This document shows positions 47,345-56,949 of a stretch of 64,000 bases of DNA, one piece after another; the stretch's first letter is position 1; each line of letters begins with the position of its first letter. Source of the DNA: an uncultured virus (IMG/VR IMGVR_UViG_3300007597_000002) (Duplodnaviria; Heunggongvirae; Uroviricota; Caudoviricetes); IMG/VR virus record IMGVR_UViG_3300007597_000002; one strand, written 5' to 3'. The notes below the pieces were generated by a model. The model did not search any database, had not been told where the DNA came from, and saw only the letters and a program-made list of their open reading frames with translations. The position numbers were made by a program, and so were the translations under genes.

Positions 47345-50300
47345 TTACATTTAAAGAAGCCAAAGATGCGGGTGGCCATGGGTCTGAAAAGCACCATGCC
47401 ATGGTATTCGGTCGCATGAATCCAGTAACTTCTGGTCATGAAGCTGTTGTTAAAAAGATGCATGATGTTGCCAAAGAACATGGTGCTGGTCATTCTTTAA
47501 TTGTTTCTCACAGTCAAGATGCTAAAAAGAATCCTCTTTCAGCAGATCAAAAAGTTAATCATGCAAAGAATGCATTTCCAGGAACTAATGTATCTTCTTC
47601 TAGCAAAGAAAAACCAACTATCTTACATCATGCTGCAGAGTTACACAAACAAGGTGTGACACACCTGCATGTAGTTGCTGGTTCTGATCGTCATAAAGAT
47701 ATGCATGATCTACTACATAAGTATAATGGTCAAGATTCTGGTCATGGTCATTACAATTTTAAAAAGATAACAGTACATTCTTCTGGTGAGAGAGATCCAG
47801 ATGCCGAAGGTACTGAAGGAATGTCGGCAAGTAAAATGCGTGAGCATGCAGCATCTGGTAATAAAGCAGAGTTTCATAAAGGAACTCCTTCATCAATGAA
47901 ACCAGAACATAAAGATGCTATGTACAATGATGTGCGTAAAGGTATGGGTATTAAAGAAGAACTTAAAACATACAAAGAACTTATGGAAGACAGTTATCTA
48001 ACTAAACTTATTTCTCGTCATAGACGTGGAGAGAAACTAGCAGCAAATGAACAAGAATTAGTTGCATCTTCTTTAAAGAGAAGTAAGATTTATGGTAAGT
48101 CTAAAAATGCAATTAGTTCTGAAGTTAAAGAAGAGCTAGAAGAGTCTGTTTCTGAGTTAAACAAACATATCTCTGATTTCTCTAAAGGTGTTAAATCTTC
48201 ATCTGCAAAACAAAGCACATACAAACGTGATAATAAAGCAATTCATAATATGAAGCATGTTGAAACAGATTCAGATCACCAAGCAGTCTTTAAACATCTA
48301 CAAAAGATGGGTTACAAAAAGACTTCTGGTTACGATTCAAAACCAAATGAGTTTGACATGCATCACAATCGTGAAGAGATGACATCAAAGAGTGATCCAG
48401 TTCATCATTCATCTGGTGTTTCAGCTCATGTCGAAAAAGAACATGGTGGTAAGACTAAAGTTCACTTCACGCATCGTCATATTAAAGAAGAAGTTGAACA
48501 GATCGATGAACTATCCACAGATCTATTAGCAAGATATAAAAAAGCTGCAGGTGCTTCTGCTAAAGCAGCAGATGCTTCTGGTAACTATGCCAAGGGCGAC
48601 AAGCGTTTTAAAGGCATAAACAAAGCAACAAACAAACAGTTTGACAATGATCTAAAGAAACATAATCAAGTCAAAGAAGAAACTCTCGATCAACAAGCTG
48701 ATCGTGTAAAACAATTGAAGAAGTTTAAAGACATGATGGCTGGTATGAAGTTAGACGAAGTGAAGACTGGTAATCCAGGATATGGTTATCATGGCCAACA
48801 CCAAACAACACATAATGGTGATGAGGCATATGAAAAGATTCATGCTCATGTTAAAAGTTTAACTGATAGTGATGACAAAACTGTAAAGCATTATCTTGAT
48901 TCTGCACATGGTCGCCATCTAGTTGGACATGAAGATGATCATGAACACATTAAAAAAGACTTTAAGAAATTTAGTAAATATTATCGTCCAGCGATGCATG
49001 AAGAACTTGAATTAGAAGAATCATTCGAAGACGCTGATAAACATCTTGCATTAGCAGACAAAGCCCAACGCAATAAGGATATGTTCTCTCACCATATGCA
49101 CATGGCAGACTATCATGGATCATTGGCTGATTGGCATGATTCGAAGGGTAGAAGTAGTGCTGGTGATCGTCATTTGGATAAAGCAGCAGACCATGAAGAA
49201 CTAGCACATGCTATAAAGAAAAAGTCTGTTAGTGAAGGAACTCTGCAACCATCAGGTACAGATAAAATAGAAACGGCTGGCAGTCCAGTGTCAGATATTG
49301 GAACACAAAAATTAAAGGTAACCAAAGTGAAATCATTTAAATTTTTTACAGCTGAACAAGTTCAGCCAATTCAAGAAGCATCAGTCAAATCTGAGAAACA
49401 TAGCTGGGGTAAAATGATGACTGTTCATCATGGAGCCAGCCATTCATATCCTTTACATCCAGAACATCAAGAAGCAATCAGAAATTTGAAACATGGTGAA
49501 AAAACTTCTTTCAAAGATGAAACTGGTGCTAAAGTAAATGTACATCGTGATGTTCAAGATGTTCACTTCACTTCTAACAAGACAGCTACTAAGACTACAG
49601 TTCCTCATAGTCATTTTAGCGAAGAAAATGAATTAGATGAAAAACTAATTGGTAAACAAAAGAACATAGACAAGAACAAGAATGGTAAAGTCGATGCTCA
49701 AGATTTTAAGATTCTACAAAAAGAAAATGCACCAGTCGCTCCAGTTCCAGATAAGAAATACATCAAAGGTACTCCAGAGAACAAAGCATTGAAAGCATCA
49801 CGTAAACCAATCAATGGTATGCCAACGAATGTAAAAGAAGAAGTTACAGAAGCACTCAATGATAATTTACATCCAGCAGGTGCTGCATTACTAAAACATA
49901 TTAAACCAGAACACCATAATAAATATAAAGAACATCTAACTACTGATGTATTTACTGGATCATATAAAGATCGTTCAGATGTTTTAACTACTGCTAAAAA
50001 TGCTGGCCATCTAAAAGAAAACTCTAAACAAGAAGATCCTCCTTTTGATGGTCCATACAAATCTACTTTCAAGAAACCAAATAATCCAAGTCGTTCAGGT
50101 ATGGATTCAGCACGTGCATTAGCACAACGTGCCATGGGTAAGGTTAAAGAAAAAGCCATTAAAGAAGATAACGAACAACTCGATGAAGTTAATCATCGTG
50201 ATTTTGCTTCACAAGGTAAGATGCACCCAGACATGGCCAAGCATATGAAGACTGGCCAAGAGATGGACTTCTATCATTCTAAGACTGGTGACAAGATCTC

Positions 50301-50742
50301 TGGAATTGTTAAACACAACAGCGGATCTGAAGTGCACGTTAAAGCACATAAAGATGGTAAAGTTGGTGCAGGTGAAGTCCACAAATTTAATGTTACATCT
50401 AAATTAGATGAAGCAGCACCACTTAAAAAGATTGATCATGTAAACCTTCCAGGTGAAGCACCACATGAAGAAAAATGGGAACCAGCTAAGAAGAAAATGG
50501 TTAAGAAAGAATCATTATCATTCTCTGATTTCTTAAATCGTATAGATGAAATTAAAATGGCAGATCTGCCATCTCGTAAAGTTCAAGGTCGTTCTTATGG
50601 TGCAGACTATGAAGATCCAGCTGGAGCATTCGAGACAAAAGACGATATGAAAAAAGCAGAGCCAAAAAAGGCTGGGCGAAAAGTGGGGCAAAAGGTTGGT
50701 GCAAGAGCCAATCTCGGAAATTCTAAATTGCATCAAGCATAA
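47341..50742 (+). CDS. Large His-rich modular protein with N-terminal cytidylyltransferase-like domain; probable head-internal polyprotein
   Basis: FGRMNPVTSGH, VAGSDR, GMSASKMR; many (L/I/V)xE linkers. Confidence 0.75.
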   Translation: MITFKEAKDAGGHGSEKHHAMVFGRMNPVTSGHEAVVKKMHDVAKEHGAGHSLIVSHSQDAKKNPLSADQKVNHAKNAFPGTNVSSSSKEKPTILHHAAELHKQGVTHLHVVAGSDRHKDMHDLLHKYNGQDSGHGHYNFKKITVHSSGERDPDAEGTEGMSASKMREHAASGNKAEFHKGTPSSMKPEHKDAMYNDVRKGMGIKEELKTYKELMEDSYLTKLISRHRRGEKLAANEQELVASSLKRSKIYGKSKNAISSEVKEELEESVSELNKHISDFSKGVKSSSAKQSTYKRDNKAIHNMKHVETDSDHQAVFKHLQKMGYKKTSGYDSKPNEFDMHHNREEMTSKSDPVHHSSGVSAHVEKEHGGKTKVHFTHRHIKEEVEQIDELSTDLLARYKKAAGASAKAADASGNYAKGDKRFKGINKATNKQFDNDLKKHNQVKEETLDQQADRVKQLKKFKDMMAGMKLDEVKTGNPGYGYHGQHQTTHNGDEAYEKIHAHVKSLTDSDDKTVKHYLDSAHGRHLVGHEDDHEHIKKDFKKFSKYYRPAMHEELELEESFEDADKHLALADKAQRNKDMFSHHMHMADYHGSLADWHDSKGRSSAGDRHLDKAADHEELAHAIKKKSVSEGTLQPSGTDKIETAGSPVSDIGTQKLKVTKVKSFKFFTAEQVQPIQEASVKSEKHSWGKMMTVHHGASHSYPLHPEHQEAIRNLKHGEKTSFKDETGAKVNVHRDVQDVHFTSNKTATKTTVPHSHFSEENELDEKLIGKQKNIDKNKNGKVDAQDFKILQKENAPVAPVPDKKYIKGTPENKALKASRKPINGMPTNVKEEVTEALNDNLHPAGAALLKHIKPEHHNKYKEHLTTDVFTGSYKDRSDVLTTAKNAGHLKENSKQEDPPFDGPYKSTFKKPNNPSRSGMDSARALAQRAMGKVKEKAIKEDNEQLDEVNHRDFASQGKMHPDMAKHMKTGQEMDFYHSKTGDKISGIVKHNSGSEVHVKAHKDGKVGAGEVHKFNVTSKLDEAAPLKKIDHVNLPGEAPHEEKWEPAKKKMVKKESLSFSDFLNRIDEIKMADLPSRKVQGRSYGADYEDPAGAFETKDDMKKAEPKKAGRKVGQKVGARANLGNSKLHQA

Positions 50743-50745
50743 ATA
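50739..50745 (+). promoter_or_regulatory. Late promoter ATAAATA
   Basis: Upstream of the AAGGAG RBS of 50773. Confidence 0.55.
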
Positions 50746-50772
50746 ATAATAGTCCAATCTAAGGAGAACAAC

Positions 50773-51297
50773 ATGGCACTATGGGGAAATATCGATTCGG
50801 CAGCACCATCTGCTGGTACAACAGTTAGCGTAACAAATGCTAGCACTGCTGTTACTGGTGTTAGCACTGCATTCTTAACAGACTTATCAGTGGGTGATGT
50901 TCTTATGATCACTTCTGGTACTACTACTAAAAATCGTGTTGCAGCTATCGCTTCCGACACAGCATTGACTTTGGCTGATAACTTTACTGGCACTACTGCA
51001 GCAACTCTAGCAATTGCTAACGTAAAGATTCAGAAAGCACCTAAGTTTGTTTATCAAGATTCTAACCAAACTAGTGGTAAGACTTCTTTGGATCAAACAT
51101 TCTTTGTTGACTCTACTGAAGCAACTATCGCTTCTAACAAAGCGAAAGGTATTACACATTCAGGCTGGTGGAGAGTTAAAACATATACTGACTCTGCAAG
51201 CGCAACACGTTATAAAGCAGTTTGCTTAGTTGCTATGGGAACTGCGGTTGGTGTATCATCTGATGCTGCTGACGATGCGACTGTAGCAGACGCATAA
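50773..51297 (+). CDS. Probable virion structural protein
   Basis: MALWG start, Thr/Ala/Ser-rich, HSGW motif; late promoter and terminator. Confidence 0.65.
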   Translation: MALWGNIDSAAPSAGTTVSVTNASTAVTGVSTAFLTDLSVGDVLMITSGTTTKNRVAAIASDTALTLADNFTGTTAATLAIANVKIQKAPKFVYQDSNQTSGKTSLDQTFFVDSTEATIASNKAKGITHSGWWRVKTYTDSASATRYKAVCLVAMGTAVGVSSDAADDATVADA

Positions 51298-51316
51298 TAA
51301 ATACATTATGTATGTA

Positions 51317-51348
51317 AGATGGGGAGGTTTTCTCCCCATCTCTTTCTT
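51317..51348 (+). terminator. Rho-independent terminator
   Basis: AGATGGGGAG-GTTTT-CTCCCCATCT followed by CTTTCTT. Confidence 0.75.
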
Positions 51349-51362
51349 GAAGGTATTATGGT

Positions 51363-51740
51363 GTGAATGAAAAATTAACTGAAGCGAATTTCTTAGTATA
51401 TGCAATGCATCATTATGACAATCCACAATGTCACAGTCTGCAAGAATTTGAAGAAGATTTAAAAAAGATCCTCTATCTTAAAAAATTATTATCTCGTTAT
51501 AAGAATAATAATGAATTGAGAGAACGATTGATATTAAACCATATTATTGTTCTTTACAATATTTTTGGCGAAGCAACAATAAAGATGTTGTTTTTTAAGA
51601 TAGAAGAATCTTGCTGGGATTCACTGATTACATTTTTAGTATATCTTGATCGTATGCCTGAAACTATTCCAGAATATGGAATCATACTTTCTGATGTTAC
51701 ATTAGATGAGTATATCATCGCAAATTTAAGGAAACTCTAA
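51363..51740 (+). CDS. Conserved T4-like hypothetical protein
   Basis: YAMHHYDNPQC...EFEEDLK...LRERLILNHIIVLYNIFG. Confidence 0.8.
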   Translation: MNEKLTEANFLVYAMHHYDNPQCHSLQEFEEDLKKILYLKKLLSRYKNNNELRERLILNHIIVLYNIFGEATIKMLFFKIEESCWDSLITFLVYLDRMPETIPEYGIILSDVTLDEYIIANLRKL

Positions 51741-52261
51741 TGAGTCGCATTGTAGACAACATGATTGCTTATAGAATTGTTCGCATGCTTGTGACAGATT
51801 TCCCACAAACAGATGCGTTCAGACTAGGCATTATCGATGCCCATGGCAATGCAATTAAGCGTTCAAGTATGCTTAATACAGATCAAGAGAAAAACTCTTA
51901 TACTTATTTGCATCGTTTAGTTTTCAATATGAAGAAGTTGATCAATAGACTTGGTGGAGAGAATAAGTTAAAGAGTATGGCTGCAGCATTGTGGTTGATC
52001 AGAGAGTATTATGAAAGTGGTTCTAGAACTACATCTAATATGGAAACCAAGTATAAGAATTTGATCGAAACATTAAACCACAATGTTATTCTTGTTGAAG
52101 AAGAAATTCTTATCAAGAAAGTTTTAGCAGAAGATGCGCCAGCTAATGCAACTGGTGCTGCAGTTTCTACAAATGAACCAAAGATTGAACCAAAGAGCAA
52201 AAAGAAACCTATCATGGGTATGGCTCGCAGACCAGCACTAGCAGTTAAAGAGGTTTGTTAA
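51740..52261 (+). CDS. Conserved T4-like hypothetical protein
   Basis: AFRLGIID..G, YTYLHRLVFNMKK. Confidence 0.75.
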   Translation: MSRIVDNMIAYRIVRMLVTDFPQTDAFRLGIIDAHGNAIKRSSMLNTDQEKNSYTYLHRLVFNMKKLINRLGGENKLKSMAAALWLIREYYESGSRTTSNMETKYKNLIETLNHNVILVEEEILIKKVLAEDAPANATGAAVSTNEPKIEPKSKKKPIMGMARRPALAVKEVC

Positions 52262-52705
52262 ATGTGGATGCTGTCATTTGTACCTGATGCGGTACTCCAT
52301 TTAGTTGTCTTTGGTATTATGATTACGGGCATAGGCATCTATGCCCTTAGTTTTTTTACAAGATTTATTCCACCACTAATTCCATATTCTGGAATTGCTA
52401 GAATTGTTGGAACTATTCTTATGATTAGCGGTGTTTATTTCTATGGAAGTTACGCCACTGAAATGTCATGGAGAAATAAAGTATCTGAGTTAGAGACTAA
52501 AGTTGCTGCTTCTGAAGCCGAATCTAAGAAGACCAATATTCAAATACAAAAAGTATACATAGACAAAGTTAAGATAGTAAAAGAAACGCAAGTAGTAATA
52601 CAAGAACGAATTAAAGAAGTTGAGAAGCGCATTGACTCACAATGTACTGTTGATACTGAAGTTATTAATATCCTCAATGAAGCTGCAAAGAGGAAAGCGA
52701 AATGA
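52262..52705 (+). CDS. Putative i-spanin (Rz-like)
   Basis: N-terminal TM helices plus coiled coil; ATGA overlap with a lipoprotein gene. Confidence 0.7.
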   Translation: MWMLSFVPDAVLHLVVFGIMITGIGIYALSFFTRFIPPLIPYSGIARIVGTILMISGVYFYGSYATEMSWRNKVSELETKVAASEAESKKTNIQIQKVYIDKVKIVKETQVVIQERIKEVEKRIDSQCTVDTEVINILNEAAKRKAK

Positions 52706-52962
52706 AACTGTTATTGATTGTTCCTGTATTATTATTAACTGGGTGTTTAGCGACACCAGTACAGAGAAGTTTTCCTGATGTTCCTGAAGAACTAAAGGTA
52801 GCTTGTCCAGATTTGATGTTACTCGAGCCGACAACGAAACTAAGTGAAGTAGTTTCTGTTGTTTCCAAAAACTACGGTCAGTATCAAGAATGTCAGATTA
52901 AAGTAGACACTTGGATTGAATGGTATAAAACACAAAAACAAATATTCGAGAGTGTCAAATAA
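52702..52962 (+). CDS. Putative o-spanin lipoprotein (Rz1-like)
   Basis: Lipobox LLTGC, Pro-rich, NY..Y.EC. Confidence 0.75.
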   Translation: MKLLLIVPVLLLTGCLATPVQRSFPDVPEELKVACPDLMLLEPTTKLSEVVSVVSKNYGQYQECQIKVDTWIEWYKTQKQIFESVK

Positions 52963-52963
52963 C

Positions 52964-53398
52964 ATGGAAAATCTACCACAGGAAAGAATAGCCAAATTGG
53001 AAGCACAAGTTGAAGGTATTAAGAGTGATGTTGCTGATGTAAAGCAAGACATCAAAGAACTACACTCACGTGTTACAACAGTAACTAGAGAGATAACAGA
53101 TCACGTTGATACTAAGTTCGATAATCTAATTGCACGCTCTAATACACATGAAATTAAGGATGTAAAAATTGAGCAAAAACTAGATGCAATGATTGTCTGC
53201 ATTGAGTCGATCAAAGCTGGAGTTGCCGAAGTGCATGAATGTTTAGATCGCACTGGCACCAGTCTAGATGACAAGTTAGAAAAGTTAAAAGAACGCATAG
53301 GGATACTTGAGAAATGGCGTTACATGATTGTGGGTGGCGCAATTGCACTTGGTTATCTAGTAGGTCATCTGGATTTCTTTGCAAAATTCCTGAACTAA
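52964..53398 (+). CDS. Coiled-coil protein with C-terminal TM (possibly lysis-related)
   Basis: RIAKLEAQVEGIKSDV...LEKWRYMIVGGAIALGYLV. Confidence 0.6.
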   Translation: MENLPQERIAKLEAQVEGIKSDVADVKQDIKELHSRVTTVTREITDHVDTKFDNLIARSNTHEIKDVKIEQKLDAMIVCIESIKAGVAEVHECLDRTGTSLDDKLEKLKERIGILEKWRYMIVGGAIALGYLVGHLDFFAKFLN

Positions 53399-53401
53399 TA
53401 T

Positions 53402-53430
53402 TTGCTTTGCAAGAGCATATGGGGTATAAT
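53402..53430 (+). promoter_or_regulatory. Sigma70-type promoter for primase
   Basis: TTGCTT-17bp-TATAAT. Confidence 0.75.
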
Positions 53431-53438
53431 TACTCTAT

Positions 53439-54470
53439 ATGCTCTATATTGACAACAAATATGCACAAATCCTTGGCGGTCGTCTAAGGAACTTCACAAA
53501 GAAGAAAGACTATCTCTGGAACTTTTCATGTCCAGTGTGCGGAGATAGTTCAACCAACAAACTAAAAGCACGTGGTTACATCTTTCGTGCCAAAGCAGAT
53601 CTTTTCGTAAAATGTCACAACTGTGGTTACAGTACCAATCTCGGTAACTTAATCAAGTATGTCGATACTAAGTTATATGATGAATATGTTCTTGAACGCT
53701 ACAAAGGTGGCGCAACAAGATACAATGATCACAAAGACATTGCTGATACCAGTGTCACTCTAGAAACTCCCACAGAAGATTTACTCGAAGATGATATCTT
53801 ATCATCTCTCTCAAGAATTGATAAACTACCACTGACACACCCAGCAGTTAAGTATGTTATCGAACGAAAGATTCCACGTGAAAACTGGAGTCTTTTGTAC
53901 TTTGCTCCGAAGTTTAAAGCATTCACCAATTCAGTGACTGCTAAATTCCAAGAGCCAATTAAGGATGAACATCCTCGTATGATCATTCCTTTCTTTACAC
54001 CAGCAGGTAAGTGTTTTGCTTTTCAAGGCAGAGCATACGGTAAAGAAGAACCTAAGTATTATACCATTAAGGTTGATGAAACACAGGAGAAAATTTATGG
54101 ACTCGATCGCTTGGATTATAGCAAACGCATTTACGTGGTCGAAGGACCAATTGACTCGCTTTTCATACCGAATTGTGTGGCTGTGTCAGGAAGCAGTTTT
54201 GATACCCCTACTATCAGGCAGTTACTTACTAATGCAACTTTAATAATGGATAATGAGCCAAGAAGTAAAGAGATTGTAAAACTTCTTGACAAAAATATAA
54301 AGGCAGGTTATTCTGTTTGTATGTTTCCAGAACATATCCAACAAAAAGATATAAATGATATATTTTTACATAGCGGAATGACCATAGATGAGATTTTAGA
54401 GACGATAAATACAAATACCTTCACAGGTATTGAAGCGAGTCTTAAATTTAGTACATGGAAAAAAATATGA
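53439..54470 (+). CDS. gp61: DNA primase gp61
   Basis: CPVCGDS, CHNCG, FQGR, VVEGPIDSLF, DNEPR, KDIND. Confidence 0.96.
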   Translation: MLYIDNKYAQILGGRLRNFTKKKDYLWNFSCPVCGDSSTNKLKARGYIFRAKADLFVKCHNCGYSTNLGNLIKYVDTKLYDEYVLERYKGGATRYNDHKDIADTSVTLETPTEDLLEDDILSSLSRIDKLPLTHPAVKYVIERKIPRENWSLLYFAPKFKAFTNSVTAKFQEPIKDEHPRMIIPFFTPAGKCFAFQGRAYGKEEPKYYTIKVDETQEKIYGLDRLDYSKRIYVVEGPIDSLFIPNCVAVSGSSFDTPTIRQLLTNATLIMDNEPRSKEIVKLLDKNIKAGYSVCMFPEHIQQKDINDIFLHSGMTIDEILETINTNTFTGIEASLKFSTWKKI

Positions 54471-55135
54471 ATGTTAGAATGATTAGTTATAGTAAACCCT
54501 CTCGAGAGATGTATGATGAGGGTTTGTTAGATGTACAGGAGTTGGTTGCGTTCTGTGCACGTGTGAGCAATCCAAGTAACCAATTCAACACAGAGACATC
54601 AGAGAAGTTAATTAAGTATTTAATTAAACATCAACACTGGTCACCACTAGAGATGGTTAGTGCATGTTTAGAAATTGAAACTACTCGTGATATAGCAAGA
54701 CAAATGCTACGTCATCGATCTTTCTCTTTCCAAGAATTTAGCCAACGATATGCAGATCCAACCAAAGACTTATCTTTCGTTCTTAGAGAAGCCCGACTCC
54801 AAGATACGAAGAATCGTCAAAATAGCGTTGAGAATAATAATCTAGCATTGGCTGCATGGTGGGAAGAAAGGCAGAAGCGAGTTATTGAAGAAGCAAGAAA
54901 TGCTTATGACTGGGCAATTACCAACGGTATTGCCAAAGAACAAGCAAGAGCAGTACTACCAGAAGGACTGACTGTTTCTCGTTTGTACATGAATGGTACG
55001 TTGCGTAGCTGGATTCATTTTATCGAACTCCGATCTGCAAATGGTACACAAAAAGAACACCAAGAAGTCGCACGTGAGTGCGCAAAGGTAATTGCTGAGG
55101 TATTTCCTCTAGCAAATGAATTAGTAAAACTATAA
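54467..55135 (+). CDS. thyX: Flavin-dependent thymidylate synthase ThyX
   Basis: HWSPLEM, RHRSFSFQEFSQRY, ARAVLP, LRSW, QKEH. Confidence 0.95.
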   Translation: MNVRMISYSKPSREMYDEGLLDVQELVAFCARVSNPSNQFNTETSEKLIKYLIKHQHWSPLEMVSACLEIETTRDIARQMLRHRSFSFQEFSQRYADPTKDLSFVLREARLQDTKNRQNSVENNNLALAAWWEERQKRVIEEARNAYDWAITNGIAKEQARAVLPEGLTVSRLYMNGTLRSWIHFIELRSANGTQKEHQEVARECAKVIAEVFPLANELVKL

Positions 55136-55153
55136 AGAATAACAGGGCAAGAT

Positions 55154-56947
55154 ATGGAAATTGTGCATGGCATAAAGGTTGACTACAACCGAGATAGTTT
55201 GTTTGACGAGTTGGGTAGAATTAGATTAAAAGAAAGTTACATGAAGGATGATGAGGTAAGTCCACAAGAGAGATTTGCTTTTGTCAGTAAAACATTTGGG
55301 AGCAATGAAGAACATGCGCAGAGATTATACGACTACAGTAGCAATCATTGGCTCAGTTATTCTACTCCCATTCTTTCTTTTGGTCGCAGTAAGCGTGGTC
55401 TGCCTATATCATGTTTCCTTAATTATATTGAAGATACAGCGGAGGGTCTAGTTGATAATCTATCTGAAACAAATTGGCTTAGTATGTTGGGCGGTGGTGT
55501 TGGGATTGGCTTTGGTATTCGTTCGGCTGACGATAAAAGTACTGGCGTTATGCCTCACCTCAAAATGTATGACGCATCTAGTTTGGCATACCGTCAGGGT
55601 CGCACCCGTCGTGGCAGTTATGCTGCTTACTTATCTATTGACCATCCAGATATCATCAGTTTTTTAGAGATGCGCAAGCCTACAGGCGACCAAAACATGC
55701 GTACTCTAAACATGCACCATGGGATTAATATCCCAGATGCATTCATGGAAATCGTTGAAAAGTCAATGCTTGATTCTGATTTTGATGATTCTTGGAAATT
55801 GGTTGATCCAGCGTCAAATGAAGTTCGTGAAACAGTTTCTGCAAAAGAACTTTGGCAACGCATTCTTGAAATGCGTATGATGACTGGTGAACCATATCTA
55901 CACTTCATTGATGAGTCTAATCGTAAGATGCCTCAACACTTGAAAGATCTTGGATTAAAAATCAACCAGTCCAATCTCTGTTCGGAAATTATTCTTCCAA
56001 CTAATGAGAAGCGAACAGCTGTTTGTTGTTTGTCATCATTGAATTTGGAATACTATGATGAATGGAAAGATCATCCTTTATTCTTAAAAGATGTAGCTGA
56101 GATGCTTGATAATGTTCTTCAATATTTTATTGACCATGCACCATCTTCTATTAAACGTGCTAAGTATTCTGCACAGCGTGAACGCAGCATTGGTATTGGT
56201 GCATTAGGTTGGCATGCTTATCTTCAAAAGAATAATTTGCCATGGGAATCTCCGATGTCTGTTGGTAGAAACAAACAGATTTTCAAAACAATTAGGGAGA
56301 AATTAAATGAAGCGAATATTGAATTGGGTAAAGAGCGTGGAGAAGCACCAGATTGTGTGGGCACTGGATATAGGTTTAGTCATCTTATGGCTATTGCTCC
56401 CAATGCTTCTTCTTCCATTCTTATGGGGAATACTAGTCCTAGCATTGAACCTTATCGTGCCAATGCGTATCGACAAGATACTCTCTCAGGTTCTCACTTA
56501 AACAAGAATCGTTACCTTGATGTGGTTATTCAGAATGAATCAAAAACTCATAAAGAAGGTTGGGCAGACGAAGTATGGTCTAGTATCATTGCGAATGATG
56601 GTTCAGTTCAGCACCTCGATTGGATGGAAGACTGGACAAAAGATGTTTTCAAGACTTCTATGGAAATCGACCAGCGTTGGGTCGTTCAACATGCGTCCGA
56701 CAGACAAGAATATATTGACCAAGCACAATCGTTGAATGTGTTCTTTAGACCAGACAGTCATATCAAATACATCCATGCTGTGCATTTCCAAGCATGGAAA
56801 CAAGGATTAAAGACTATGTACTACTGTCGCAGTGATAAGATCGCCAAAGCAGATAAAGTATCTAAGCGTATCGAACGTGAGGTTATCAAAGAGATTGATC
56901 TTCATGCACTAACAGAAGGTAATGATTGTCTGGCATGTGAGGGTTAA
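55154..56947 (+). CDS. nrdA: Ribonucleotide reductase class Ia alpha subunit
   Basis: PISCFL, QGRTRRGSYA, QSNLCSEI, IAPNASSS, KTMYYCR, CLACEG. Confidence 0.95.
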   Translation: MEIVHGIKVDYNRDSLFDELGRIRLKESYMKDDEVSPQERFAFVSKTFGSNEEHAQRLYDYSSNHWLSYSTPILSFGRSKRGLPISCFLNYIEDTAEGLVDNLSETNWLSMLGGGVGIGFGIRSADDKSTGVMPHLKMYDASSLAYRQGRTRRGSYAAYLSIDHPDIISFLEMRKPTGDQNMRTLNMHHGINIPDAFMEIVEKSMLDSDFDDSWKLVDPASNEVRETVSAKELWQRILEMRMMTGEPYLHFIDESNRKMPQHLKDLGLKINQSNLCSEIILPTNEKRTAVCCLSSLNLEYYDEWKDHPLFLKDVAEMLDNVLQYFIDHAPSSIKRAKYSAQRERSIGIGALGWHAYLQKNNLPWESPMSVGRNKQIFKTIREKLNEANIELGKERGEAPDCVGTGYRFSHLMAIAPNASSSILMGNTSPSIEPYRANAYRQDTLSGSHLNKNRYLDVVIQNESKTHKEGWADEVWSSIIANDGSVQHLDWMEDWTKDVFKTSMEIDQRWVVQHASDRQEYIDQAQSLNVFFRPDSHIKYIHAVHFQAWKQGLKTMYYCRSDKIAKADKVSKRIEREVIKEIDLHALTEGNDCLACEG

Positions 56948-56949
56948 TA

